64,000 nucleotides of DNA from the NCBI GenBank assembly GCA_950097015.1, contig CATNEN010000011.1:372001-436000 (forward strand), in the 5' to 3' direction. The notes beneath the pieces were generated by a model that saw only the letters and a list, made by a program, of their open reading frames with translations, ran no database searches and was not told where the DNA came from. The stretch's first letter is position 1; each line of letters starts with the position of its first letter. Below, piece by piece: positions 23,736 through 37,141 of the stretch. A program made the translations under genes and the position numbers. Origin of the DNA: Macrostomum hystrix. Taxonomy: Eukaryota > Animalia > Platyhelminthes.

Positions 23736-24038
23736 GGGGAGGTGAGTGACAGAGCAGTTAACACGTTAGCCCCTCGCACCAAGGTCCCTGAGCTCAATTC
23801 CGCGGCGAGGCCACATTTAGCTCGTATTTGGGGCGCAGCCGCGGAGAGAAGTCACGTTGGCTTGTCATGCAATTTAGGCCCTTGAGGGCCAACCTCCAAG
23901 GCACAGTGAAAGTGTACACTGTCTGAGAAAGTCAGGGCAGATGTGCACACCTGTGTGAGCGAGTGCCTGCGCAGCATCTGAGTGTGTGCTCAGGAGTCAG
24001 TAAAATTGGCGGAATCGCCTCCTTACTGGCAGCGAGTC
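23736..24038 (+). mobile_element. tRNA-derived SINE, family A, copy 3
   Basis: Same head (ggtgagtgacagagcag...gctcaattcc) and body as the other copies. Confidence 0.78.
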
Positions 24039-24452
24039 TAGTTTCATCCAATCATGTGCCATTGCCTAGAATTCACTTCGTGGCAATGGTCTTCAGACAA
24101 TGGCCAGCTATTACATGGAATTAATTGCCCCGTTGCAATAGGGTTGATGGAAATTTTAAGCAATGAACAATTAACTGCCCGCAGCCATCCTGAAATTATT
24201 GTTATTAATATTAGTACCATCAGATCTCTGTCATTTACTATTTTAGCAGGCTTGAGATGAACAGAAAAATTGAGAAACTGAGAACTGAGGAGGATGAGAA
24301 ATGAATTTAGACCACTGCTGCGAGAATCAGATGCGCTTTTGCTTAAAAAATACGTTCATATTACGTTAACAAATACTCTATTAAATTGTTGCAATTTAAA
24401 ATAACTTTGACCGATTTGACCTATTCACCAGGACCAAGCAACCGCCAAAAGA

Positions 24453-24740
24453 ATGCTGTTCCTGACTGTCCTGCTGCTGGCTCTGGCCTGCACGTCAGTG
24501 AATGCGAATCCCATTGAGAACAGTGACCACATCTTTACCCAGATTGACCAGGCTGCTGACTTTGAATTCAACTGCCTGACGGTGAGCTCTGACAGGAAGA
24601 TGTGCCTCACAAGGCTGTTGATCGAGGGCCGCTGCGAGGCGGCCACTTTGGGCACTCCGGCAAAGGTAGCCGCCTGCCTAATGGCCGCCTGCGGTGGTTC
24701 CGCTGCTGAGTACGAGAGGTGCATCAAGGCTGCCGCTTGA
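24453..24740 (+). CDS. Small putative secreted protein, 95 aa, six-cysteine mature domain, family unknown
   Basis: Hydrophobic signal peptide (MLFLTVLLLALACTSVNA). GC-rich ORF in AT-rich flanks. Splice acceptor AG at 24430-24431 upstream of the ATG. AATAAA at 24871-24876. Confidence 0.7.
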   Translation: MLFLTVLLLALACTSVNANPIENSDHIFTQIDQAADFEFNCLTVSSDRKMCLTRLLIEGRCEAATLGTPAKVAACLMAACGGSAAEYERCIKAAA

Positions 24741-25666
24741 GAAGGGAAAACTAAGCGCTCTGTCGACACAGCTTTAATTACACGCACTGTAATTTAGGTC
24801 AATCTGGACTTGTGCTAGAGATGTGCTCTCTATGACTCTGTACACAAAGTTTGTAGACAACAGCTAATTCAATAAAAAGTTAACTGTGTCTCGGATAAAG
24901 TAGGCTTACTTTGTGCTCAATAACTTCTTGCTTATGTTCGTGCAGATAATTAAATGTAACCTGGAGAAAGCATCACTTTCGAAACGTCTAAACACTATTT
25001 AGATAGTGTTCAACTGAAATGAAGAACCGAAAAGTAACGACATTCTTTCGCGTTTCAGCTTTGCATTTGTCAAACATCTGACATGAATACAAAGCCTGTG
25101 AAAGTCTAATCGTAACTAAATTTTCATTAAATATGCAAAATTACGATTTGAAGCAATCGTTATTATGTACACTTTTAACAGAACAGTTTAGAGTAAGTTG
25201 TTATTAATTCTCATTTGAGAAGTCTTGCAATAAGAACGTTGATTGAAGACTATCTACAGAAATATGAAAAATACGAAAACTTAAAAGTTTGGATTAAGAA
25301 ATTTAAAAAAGCAAAAAACCTACTAAAACAAGCTTTATAAAGATAGGCCAGGAAACTAAAAAGCAAATCCATGTCGAAAATCAATGCCACAGAAACAACA
25401 AAAACAAAGGTTCAAGAAAAGTCGTAATTTTGTAAATCAAAGTTTATGTTTAAATATTGTCACTAGCTGCTGAGATCCAGTTTTCTTCTTAAATTTGAAG
25501 AACAGTTTGAAGAATCTTATGGCTCAAAGTTCGGTCTTTTCTGCCCAAAATACAGGCCACATATTGCGCAATATGTTTAAGACATACTACTTTAAGTAAG
25601 TAAGGTATATTCACTGTTGCTACTGTTCATATGATTGTTATTGTGGGCTCGAAAGATAAAAGGAAG

Positions 25667-28600
25667 TTAACTTTGCCGAACCCCAGGAGAAGCCACATTC
25701 TTTCTTGCTGCAACAGGAGTCGATCTGCAGCTGGATGGCTGCGACTGTTGCCGTCGCCGTTGCTGTTGCTGCTGCTTCTGCTGCTGTTTCTGCTGCTGCT
25801 GTGTTTGCTGCTTTTCAACTGTCGATTTGGTAGCCTTTGATGCTGAGAAAGACGAAGATGTCAGGCGATCGAAAACCGAAGCCGATCGGGACGACGTCAT
25901 CTTTGTCGGTCTTGGAGTCATAGGCGGCGTCGGCGGAGTAGAAATTTGGCGTTTGCCAGCTGCCGTTGAATCAGCTGAACATCCTTTTTGTCCAGCTCTG
26001 ATTTGCTCAGTCTTTTTCAGCTCACTCCCGTCCTGTGCATTTCCGTTTCTAGATTCACTTCCAGTTACGTGAGCAGGTCCATTGCGCCGTTGGAACAGCG
26101 AATGTACGGCCGTCTGCTGGATGCATCGCAAACTACCACTATCTGGCTTGGATGATTTTCTAGAGGCCAAAGGTGACATAGTGGCACAGGTTGTTGTTGA
26201 TCCGGTGGGAACGCGGCTAACAACTAGACGACCGCCAGCGCCGATGGAGGCGCGTAGCAACGTCGGCGCCGGAGAGATAAGCGGCACTGGCAGTCGTGAC
26301 TGAGGCAGCGGTCGTGAACTTAACTGGTAGAGACCAAGTGAGTCGTTGAACTTCAAACTGTCAATGCACGGGTCTTCGTTAAGAACATCGACTGGGCGCA
26401 TGGGAAAATGTGCTGCCGGGCCAATGGCACGGTAGAAGCCGCAAGGTCCTGGTGGCGCAGTGATTGGTGAGCATACGCGCAACTCTGGTCGACGACGAAT
26501 AACAACCGAGGTTGCAGGTTCTGAGGATGCCGGCACCACTTGGTCGGTGGCCCGGTCCAGGATTGGAGGTTCTGGAAGTGGAGGCAACGGCTGGGTGGTT
26601 TCCACCTGAATTCTAAGGCCCAGAATTCGAGCATAGAGCAGCTCGTGAGTAGGTGACGAGGCAGCAGCAGCAAGAGCCGCTGCAGCTGCTGCTACCGCGT
26701 AGCCGCATCGATGAGTCGAGGGTGGCGTTGGAGGCGGTTTCTGAGAGTCGATTTCGCCGAAGGCAGTTCGTCGACGACGTCGCGCTGAGCGACCGCCGGC
26801 AATCGTCGAAACGGCAAAGTGACGCAGAGCAGCCTCGAGCTCGCAGGACGACGTTGACGATGCAGATGATGAATTTGAAGAGCTAGAAAGTGATGAGTGC
26901 TCAGTGAAAATGCCGCTGTCGACAGAAACTAGCGAAGCAGCATCATCAGCTGCTACAGATGCTGAAGTCGTTTCAAAGTACATAGAGACACTCTGAACAT
27001 CTGGGAAAGCTGCTGGGACGGCTGAGTTGTGACGAGCGCTGCTCACTTTGCTTCCTGGAAGAGAAGTTATGATGTGGAAGCTTTTTAATGAAGAGAGCTG
27101 ATGAGCAAGTGTGGGAGATTGTTTAGGTTTGAAAGTAATTGAAAATATTTAAAAACTAAAAATCAAATGAGGCCAAAACTTACGCTGCCTCTGCAGCCGG
27201 AGCATGTTAGTGTGATAGCTGGCCTCCTCCTGATCCAGGTTGGCCAGAAAGGTGGCCAGAACACTGAAGCAGTCCCCTAGTTGGAAGGTGGCCCGCTCTT
27301 CGCAGAAGTATTCCGCCAGGTTTGTCCTCTCTTCATGAAGAGTCTCCAAGCGCTCCTGAGCGAGCTTCAGTTCGTGCCTCGCTTTCTGTGAATCAACGGG
27401 CACGGAGTTCCTTTGGCTGCAGTCGCGATGTTCGCGAAATTTCGGGAGAACTATTCTAGACGAAAAGCTAATCCTAAATTTCCGTACAGCCTCGTGCTGC
27501 TTTCGACATCGCTTCCTATACTTTTGTGTTCTCCCGAAAAGATACGCCTCTGCCTTTGCGTTGACTCCAAGGAGTACGAGCTACATGGCTTAACAACTAC
27601 GAGCTAGAACAAAAAGCAAACCATAATACAAACCTGCAGAAAGGTTGCCATGCCTCTGCGAAAATCATCATTCACCAGCTTCATCTGACTTTGCATCTGT
27701 CCGATACGATCAGTAAAACTGGACACATCGCTGGCAATTCCATCAACGTTTACTCTGAGAAAATAAAGAATTTGAGTTTTGAGTTGAGAGATGGCCAAAC
27801 TTGTTGGGGAAACTTTCTCCGATGGACTGTAACTACAGTACCGAAATGTGTAAAAATTGACTGTGCGTCGGGATACTTACTTGGCAGCAGACGCCAAATT
27901 TGGCATAGAGGATTTCAGCTCGAGCAGGAATTCATGATTCTGCCTTGCAATGGCCTGAAGTTGGTTTCAGCATGGATTTTTGTAACATTTAAGCATTGAA
28001 GCTATGTGCTTTACATTCTGGTGTGTGAGCAAATAAACTTGCAAAGAAAACAACTAATATTTGCATGCATCAAAATACGGGGTCTCTTAACACTATGTGC
28101 GAATATTTATGCTTTTGCCCTTAATACAAACAGAAAAAAAGCTGACAGAACGACTTGTTAACTGGCCAACCAGCTTATTTCTGTTGTAAATAACCTGGCT
28201 GTCAAGCAAATCAAATGAAAATACTGCGAACATATCACGGCTACTTTGCACCTGCAAACATGCGCATTCTTTGGTCAGTTCTCGATAGACAAAAGTGAAA
28301 CCGAGAGAGTGCAGTGCACTGGCTGAATGGCTGGCCAACCATCAGGCGGAAGATTTTCTTGCAAACGACAGCCCTCGCACACAAACTGCGATCACCTCGA
28401 AGCGTGATATTTTACACCGAACGTGCCAACAGATTTGCGCAGAAATAGTGAGGTCCACTCTGGCACTTTAAATAAGGGACAGAAGAAACGCGAGCCAAGT
28501 GCAATTTCGCAAATTACCTCGTAGAGAAAGGTGAGAAGGCTCAGTCGGCTGTTGGCAGCGGCTTTGATGTCGCCCAGTTTGGTCAGGCTGTGCAGCCGAA

Positions 28601-31600
28601 ATCCGGAGGCGTTGCCGAGCTGCGCCGCGCCCTGGGAGGCAAGAGGGACATTTTTAAATTATCAAGCTTCAGCCTTTGACATGCACCTGATTATAAACCC
28701 CTGAAAGCATATTGTTCTAATAGTTGAAAGAACATGCCATCAAACAATCCTATTAAGCCACATCTGATGTAAGAATAATATAATAATTTTTACCGAGTTC
28801 AAATAGTTTCCGATCTTCAATATCAGATGCAGAACGTCGCGAAGACTTTGGGAGTGCAGAATGTCTGGCAAAAAAAGTGAATTTTAATTAAAGTTTGGTC
28901 GTCGAAACTTAATTGGGATAGGAATTTTATTAACGCTAGGAATTTTAGAGTAAACTCACCTCGACAGGTTTCAATTACAGTGCAAATGCTTGCTGAGGTG
29001 TCCTCCATCTGTGCTAGGTATTCCGCGCGAGTTAGCTGCATCTCCAGGTGGCAGCCAAAACTAAAAAAGACTTTCGTATATCAGTACCAAAGATAAGGAC
29101 TTATCAATAGTGCTTTTGATTAGCTTAAATTCAAGCGTGGTAGAAACCAACAGTGAGGAAGTGTAGATAGAGATGAGTGAAAGAGAGTCAAGCCAAAGCT
29201 TAGGGGTTCTGAAAGCCACCGGCCATATCAATATGAAGCCGTTAGCTCTCGATGGTATTTCGCTAACGGCTTGATGCAGTTTCCGTTTTAAATGCCAAGT
29301 CACCAAAGTTATGATAACAGGGAACTGCGTGCAAAGCCACGCAACTAGCATTCAGGTACTGCTGCCCGGCTAGCAAATATTTATGGCTCCCAATTTGGTG
29401 GCTTGGGAACAAATCAAGCCAGGAGGCAAGGTGAATACAGCTGATGGGTGCGTGTTCTGCAAGTCATTCAGCAGCTTACGAGCCGTAACTTCATTCAACA
29501 GAATCGGAGAACAAAAGTGCACGGCTCTTGGGATGGGTGAGGGTGCAATCTAGAGGGCAGTGAAGGTGTACGTTTCATCCCGCGCTGAAGATGTTTGCTT
29601 GGTTGGGCCCACTGGTCGTATGGAGCTCTGAACTTGACATTTACACCGCCGGCGAGACATTTGCTGCAGTGCTGAAGATTGAGGGCCAGACAAACTAGAA
29701 CCGAACGGCGAAACTTTTGCAGGTAAACTATTAGCTGTTTTAGTTTTAAAGTATTCCGTTCGTCAGGTTAAAAAATATGAGATTTTGGAGGGGCCGTTGA
29801 TTTTGTTAAAACTGTTTAAAGTAATAGTTCATTTTCATGTAATAGAGTCAGGAAAATGTGTTTTTTCATCACTACCGTGAAATAACTAACCTAGTAAATT
29901 ACAAATAAAGCATTCACTTACTGTTGATTTCGAGAAAGCAGAAACACAAATTTTGTCGCCGTATCTAACCGCTCCGGATCGCCCTGGTAACTGGTCACGC
30001 GGCTCAACTCGGTACTGTCCGGCAGATTCTTCAGCAATTCCTTCAGCTGATTGGCTGTCAAGCTTTCATTGGATGTGGCTCCGTTCTGGTGTTCGCCTAG
30101 CAGCCACTGAACCGTGCTTTCCACTGGTTGACGAAACTGGCGCAGCAGGATGCTTAGGCTAAGCGACTTTCTCTGGTCTAGGAGAGAGATCTGCCAAATG
30201 GAACAATTTGGGTTTGATTCCTCACAAATAAACTAATACACTTCATTTTAGACAATAGGGAATGAAATACGCATGTAATGAAAAATCCTTAACGAGAAAG
30301 CAGTTCAAACTGTCTATCACAGATGGGAAGTTTTTACCGGACTCGAGCTCTATTTCGCGGCGAGGCCACATTTAGTTGGGTCACAGCCGCGGAGAGAAGG
30401 CTTGGGGACTTGTTAGGCTCGTCCTTAAGAGGCCAACCTCCAAGGCACAATGAAAGGCTGTAAATCATGAAGAACTGTAACACAACTGTAAAAGCTTAAC
30501 TAACTGTAAAATGAGTCACTACCAACGCTAGCTATTTTCAAATGGTTGGGTTGGGACCGATTCCAGCCCCCAATTCATGGACTGAAGAGCTGTACGCAGC
30601 CTGCGGATGGTCTGGGTTGTGTCACTGGCTGTACATCTGGCACAACTGGGTTCGGTGCGATTTCTTTGTGTCTCTTAATAGTACGTAGCAGAAGTACCTG
30701 TACAAAACAATAGCAGATGTGTCCACTTCACGCTCTATGCGCAAACTATTGAAGTAATTTTCTATGTACATGTATGAAAACCATGGAAAGTCTTCGTACC
30801 AACCGAATTAGGCCCGTCGAGACAAACCATCAGAGCCTGTCCTTTTTATGGCATCCCCGAGCATACAAAGGAGTTGGATCAGAGGATCAGTGGGTGTGAA
30901 AAAAATACTGCACAAAAATGAGCGTCCCAGCGGAAACTAGTTGCCGCTCGATGATTCAGCGCACCTGGAATCGCATCGCTCGCTTAGACCTTTCTTTTGG
31001 CTATACTAGAGACGTGTTTCGTTTTCTTAAGTCTAATCCCTAGTAAACCCCAGTAGTTGTGGCAGTTTAGCCGCATCTGCGCAACTAGCAGAATTCGGTT
31101 TCGTTGCCGGTGTACAGAAACGAAGATAAGCGGTGACATTTTTGCCTGCTACAAGAAGGATGCATTGGATCACACCAAGGTGTTGTATTCTTTGGTAGGA
31201 CGTTAGATCAGTCAGGGCTGGTGGGTCTAGTTCTTTGGCTGTTTAAAAGTAAAATATATGATGTCTCTCAACATCCTTCTTTGTAAATTAAAGCGTACTA
31301 GAAAGTTGAAATTGCGAAACGCAAGAAACACCTCTTAGAGCTCAGAAAATTATTAAATGCTTTCTAAAAGTCCTCCTAAGTCCTCCTTAGTCCTCCTAAA
31401 ACAGAGGACTTTCCATTGTCCTGGAGTTTCATTAAAATGATATTGAAATTCATTAGAAAGCTCGCAAAAGCAAAATCTGTTATTAAAGCACGAGCTTACG
31501 TAAGCACACCATTAAGTACTCCAATAAAGGTAATTGAGTACCCCACTTCAAAACTTTAAATCCACCAAAGAGCCGGAATAGACTGAAAATTTTCTTACCT

Positions 31601-32045
31601 CCTGAGTCCTGTCTGAGCTCATTCGTCTGCTGAAGTCACTGCCGCAGCCATGGCCCATTCCAACGCCGTCTTGTCGATCCTCTCTCACGCTGAAGAGCTC
31701 CTCAAGCTGTTGGAAGTCAACTTCCAGCTGCTCGCCTAGCAGAGACGGCTGATACTGCTGGTGCAGCGGCTGAAAATGTTGCTGCTGCTGATGATGTAAG
31801 TGCGAGTAAGGATGCAAAGAATGACTCCAAACTGTCTGCTTGCCGCGCAGCCTGCTGTGAGGCACGGCGGACCAGGCTAGCTTCTTGAGCTTGACGCGAG
31901 TGGTGGTAGAGCAAGCTGACACTTCGTTCGGAGGAGCCAGAGGCGGCGGGGGCGGCGGGGGAGGAGGAGGAGGCGGCGGCGGTGGTGGCGGAGGCGGCAG
32001 TGATGGCGGCTCGCCGGTATTGCTTGCCATCTGTTCTGCTGGCAT
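25667..32045 (-). CDS. FHDC1: Formin of the FHDC1/INF1 (inverted formin) architecture, about 928 aa
   Basis: Exons (minus): 32045-31599, 30190-29922, 29060-28960, 28864-28794, 28631-28518, 27954-27881, 27754-27634, 27385-27184, 27054-25667; total 2787 nt in frame. N-terminal polyproline FH1; FH2 motifs LKKLAW, SLLDQRKSLSLSILLRQF, KIGNYLN, GFRLHSLTKLGDIK, LAEYFCEE; long basic Ser/Pro-rich tail. Subfamily assignment and the start codon are inferred. Confidence 0.85.
30340..30455 (+). mobile_element. tRNA-derived SINE, family A, internal fragment
   Basis: gcggcgaggccacatttag...gccgcggagagaagg...aacctccaaggcaca matches the other copies. Confidence 0.65.
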
Positions 32046-34476
32046 TGTGGCAGCCGCTGCTGCTGCTGAAGGCCGTTCTAAAATCGAATCACTCCTCTGT
32101 TACTCATGGACAGAGATCAGGAAAAAAGAAGACTGGCAGTCCTGCTGAAATGAAGCAGCTTGTTGGGTGGGGGCTATTTGTGCGATGCGAGGGCGGAGAG
32201 TGGGAGGAAGTGGGCCAGAGAAGTTGGCCACACTGTTCTAACCAAAGCCGTTGGCCCAATGCGAGCGAGGCAGCGAATGCCACACGCTATTGTATAATGG
32301 ACAGCGTTGCGAAGCGAATACAGTAGTAATCTGAATCTACAAAAACTAACGTCTGTGAAAATCCTGCACCTGTTCTAGGCTTCATACTAGGCACCCGTTA
32401 CACTAGCCGAAGTAAAAATGATTTAGAAATTTGTATTTGCTGCTGCAGGTTGTTTTAAACATATTCTGTGAACGACCTCATCTTATTGAAGCCACTAAAC
32501 CGCCAGTTCGGTTCCGAAATTGAATTGGTATTGCGTGCACCAGGGTTTAGGATCTTTGGTACAGTTTACCCTAGTATTCTGCAGATTCTATCATTTTTTG
32601 AGGCGCATGTTTTTTCGATGCAGTATATCCGTTTTTCTCCTAAAACCTAGATTTTCTAGTTATTCTGAAGTCGTTATTTCGTTCTACTTCGATCGTTTTT
32701 TAATTCTGCGAAACTCATTATTAAGCCACTTTCTTAGAGTTTGATAAAAGCATTGCAACTACTAAAAAGTTTTGATAAAATCACACACCCTGTAGCACTA
32801 TAAAAGTGGAAACTTTCAGCTCTGAAAAAAATGGTAGCCTGAAATACTCATACTGTTGTCGGCAAAACGTTTGCGCATGAGGCTTGCGTTCAATCAGGAG
32901 AAAAATAAAAAACTAGCCAAATTCCTTATTCTTTCACACACAATGCTAATGACGAGAGATCAAAAGCAGCGCCTACCGATCTACCGCAAGGAACGGTGAT
33001 TGGCGGGAAGCAGGCAGGCTGTAAATGCATCATATTCAGCTCACAAGCTTGACAGTCTGGTACCGCCAGTCTACAGAGCCCCAATATGTGCCTGAGAAAC
33101 TGCTTTCGTGGCAGCACTCGGTCGGTCACACTGCAGCCGAACTACAAGAACGAATGCAGCGCTAAAAGTCCGCAGGCTAGGCTGGCTTTGCAAAACATTT
33201 AGTTACCAATACAGCCCAGTTTGCAGTCACGCCCGTCAGTTGCCGGGACTTATGGCAGCAGAAAAAAGGCCAATAAGCGTGTGACTCAATAGAGCGCAAC
33301 AATTCATCATAATTTAAACCATTTTCTACTAGAGCCGTCACGAGTTGCTTCACTAAATCTTGGCCGTTGAGTTTGCGCCGCGCTGAAAAATTAGCATAAA
33401 ATAGTAGTTCTCATAGCTCTGTTTGCGTACTTGCATACCCCTTGCTTTTTGTGTCGTGTCAAGGCGCTTTTGGAGTACGCACAGTAATTTATGATTTTCA
33501 TTTCTGGTGTCACTTTATTCAAGCGAGTGTGAAGATTGCATTATTATTTCACCGGTCTAGCAACAGCCTTAATTATTGTTGATAGTTTCTGGCAAAGTAA
33601 ATCTACATTGGATAGCTAATCACTGAGCTATTGAAACTGCTGGTTTCTTCTTGAATTCCCAAGAGAATTGCTAAAGACAGAAAAATAAGTTTGCCTCTTC
33701 GGGACAAATTAGCGAATTGGAGGGGTTGAATTTTGCTAGGAGAAGGAAGACAGTGACCTCACTTGACCCCTCGTGGGGGGTCGCGGTCTGGGCACCTTCT
33801 GTCTCGTGGTCTTATTGCACAATTGTATTGCTGGATGCTAGGAATTCTATAAAGTTTAGTTTTAGAGCAGAGAGCATTCATAGACGAAGCGTTCCCTCCT
33901 CGCGGGCACAGCTGGACGTTTGTTTATTTTCTTTGAAGAGCTTCAGCGCCTCCATGATTCTATGCCGAACCGCGAAACCATTCGTAGTAAAATTTGGGTA
34001 GGCAAATAGGAATTCGAGTATATGCCATTTTGCACTCGTAGCTTACGTGCAGAGCTTACGAAGAGCGACTTCGGCGATAGAGCGACTGGGTGAAACCTGA
34101 AACCTGAAGCTTTAATTTTTATTCACACTAAATTTGCAGAAGATGGCATACCTTCTCTCATTTGTGCTGGTGCGAGTTCTCAAACAGTCACATATTGTTT
34201 ATTTGCGAGACACTTAATCCCATCATGGCTTTACTCCCCACATGCATTAGCTCTATAGTGGAAATTCCCCAGTCTATGGAATAAGCAGCCCTTTGTTCGC
34301 GAATTACACTGATTGCTCCTTTGGCCCGAAAGGGCTTAATTACATTTTTATGTAGGCGATAAAATTTAAGACTTTACATGCCTGTTTTGTCCCTTCTAGT
34401 ACACACCTGAAACACGGATAACATGCCCTGATGGGACAGATATAACATGTTAAGCGTGGTTTAATAAAAATAATTA

Positions 34477-34793
34477 CAGGAGGGCTGCGGGCAATCACAT
34501 CGTTTGGTGACAGCAGACGCGCAGCCAGCGAGAAGGCAATTCGGCGAATTTCGCTTACTCGTGAGCACACATACAGATAATGTACGCAGACACAAGTGTG
34601 TACATCTGCCCTGACTTTCTCAGGCAGTGTACACTATCACTGTGCCTAGGGGCTTGGCCAAGTTGCTCGACGAGTCCCCAAGCCTTCTCTCCGCGGCTGC
34701 GCCCCTAATGAATATGGCCTCGCCACGGAATCGAGCACAGGGACCTTGGTGCGAGAGGCAAACGCGCTAGACAGCTCTGCCACTTACCCCCCC
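34477..34793 (-). mobile_element. tRNA-derived SINE, family A, copy 5 (near full length)
   Basis: Collinear with the copy at 7521-7858 over its full length. Confidence 0.78.
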
Positions 34794-36604
34794 TTTAACT
34801 GTGGTTTTCTTGATTGCCTTTCAGTGTAGTTAAGTGAAGATCAACAATACCCCAGCTGTCACTGAGGAAATGATAACAAAATGCAATAGTTTCACACGTA
34901 AATTCTATTTTTAATTGATCTGAAAAAATGTCGCATTTGAACTCACGGAAACAGTACGAACCTATACAAACTACAGACTTTACCTGAGCAGAAGGAGCTA
35001 TAGCTGACAGTAACCCGTTGGTTCTCATTTCTGGAGGCAACATGCTAATAACATGCCAATTCTTTTAGTTTTCAATCTTTAAGTTCCTAGTTTTTTGTCA
35101 CGCCATTTGGCGCGCATACAATGTATAGTAGTTTGGAAACTGTATGCGAAATATTGCACGCCTCAAGAAACGCTTAGTCACGTGAAAGTTTCTGGTGAGT
35201 GTTCCTCCGCTCACCTTGTTCAACCGACTGAAATAATGGAAAAGTTTAGTAAACGCAAGCACGAGTTGCCATTGCATACAGACAGATGCCACTCAAGATT
35301 CTAGACTGATGGACTGAGAATTCGAGCCTGGGAGGGTTGGCCCAGCTATTACGCAACCGGGGGCGCTCGAGTACCAATTGTGTCGAAATCTGCAGTTTTC
35401 GGTATGGAAGCAAATAGAAGCTTATTGAACATATTTGCTTATTGATTCGAATTGGCATCAATTTCGTCCAGAATTTTTTTTACATGAAATCTTGAGTTCT
35501 ACTAATGCCAGAGTTTACAGGTAAAAGAAGATACATGTAGTGTGCTGGAAAAAAACGTATAATGACTGGAACATCTTCACAACCGCTGTGAGATCGTGAC
35601 TCTGCAAATATTGAAAGCATAATGTTCCTATAGGTACAATAAACAACTTTCCAGTTTCATTGACACGACTTTACACATTGAGTTGAGGCTTTGATTCAGA
35701 AAAATATTCGTAACCGTTTACAATTACGGATCTTAAGCTAAGAAGGAGCCAAACGATTAGCTTAGAATTTTTAACTGTTTCGGTAGTTATCTAGGTTTGA
35801 AAATATTTTTGTTTAGTCCGGTGATTTTTTATCGACTACTACTACTAGTATAGAGTTGTGATATCATACCTTATAAGGACGCGCTAGCCTGCATAGCGCG
35901 AGGACACGGGCTAAAAATTAGATTTATTGCACACGCTGTACACACAATAAAGGACTGTAATGGCAGCGTTTGAGATGTATAGCTGTGAGTGCCCAGTAAC
36001 TTGGCAGCAATGTAATTGATTCGAATTGATAGCTCATAATTGATTGAGCTATGCTCAATGCACTAGCTCAACTGAAGAATACTAACTTGAGGCTTGGCCA
36101 TTATGCAAGTGCAGTTTAAAAGGCGCTGCATATTGTATCGATCAATAAAGGATTTGGCACTATGCCAGTCGCCAGAACTGCTGTGATATACCATTGCATA
36201 GCAGTGCCCAGGTCACAATTTTTGCTTCACAAGACTATCACTATCAACGGGGGTTCCTCAGAGAAAGTGCATCTTGCTCAGCAGTCTCCCAGTCGCGAGC
36301 AGCAAATTGGCTCACGAACCCATAGGGCTGTGTGGACCATAGCTACGAGGTACATGTATATTCCCACTGTATAATTTATAACACAGCAGGAAAGGCCAGC
36401 GAAATCCATATTGAATTTTCGTTGATACTCGAACACGCGTACATCAACTGTCCCACTTGAAGAGCAAATGCCAGCAAGCTGTAAGGATGCAGATTAAATA
36501 AGAACAGGAGCAAATAGAGAAATAGGATAAATTTCTTCATTCACACGGTATACAAGTGCAGGCTATTATGATAAACTATATTAGCCCTTATTATTCTCGC
36601 TTAA

Positions 36605-37141
36605 AAGTAGGAAGACCTCGCTGTTCCCCCTGGGAATAGCTCGATAGCTCCCAAACCGAGTGACGGATTGTGTGAAAGCGTGAAAGTACATATGAATCAA
36701 CATTTTCCGCCCCTGTATGAGAAAACTTTCAAATCCGTCCAAGTCAGCATCGTCGAGATATTCAAGGATTCTGTTCAAAGACCCTGGTGACAAGAACAGC
36801 TAACATTGCTCTGTATAAACTTCTATGGCGATACCATATTGGTTTAGGAATGACAAAATTAGTAATTTAATCAATCCAAAATAGGTAGATATGATAGCCG
36901 ACATCCGACGAGAAGCGTTTAATATCTGGACGATGCCGATGCTTTGCGATTCTGAAAGTTGTTTTATCGCATAGAGCACAGATTACTATAATAACCGTTT
37001 ATTATAGTATCTATGAATAGAGGGGAAATTTTATTCCGTGTTCAGGACTTTCATGGCGATTGGTGTATTGGTGTATTGGTTGATTAAGGAGAAGCAAAAA
37101 AAGGTGGGCATTTAAAATGCCACCCCGTTGTCTGTCTACTG
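36605..37141. mobile_element. Foldback MITE family 2, copy 1 (diverged)
   Basis: Homologous along its length to 58128-58657. Preceded by TTAA (36601-36604), followed by TTAC. The two halves are imperfect inverted repeats. Confidence 0.6.

Noticed and set aside
32900-35460. Short ORFs upstream of the formin as possible extra coding exons
   Set aside because: They show no recognisable similarity to formin GBD/DID or other domains, and I could not build a convincing splice path.
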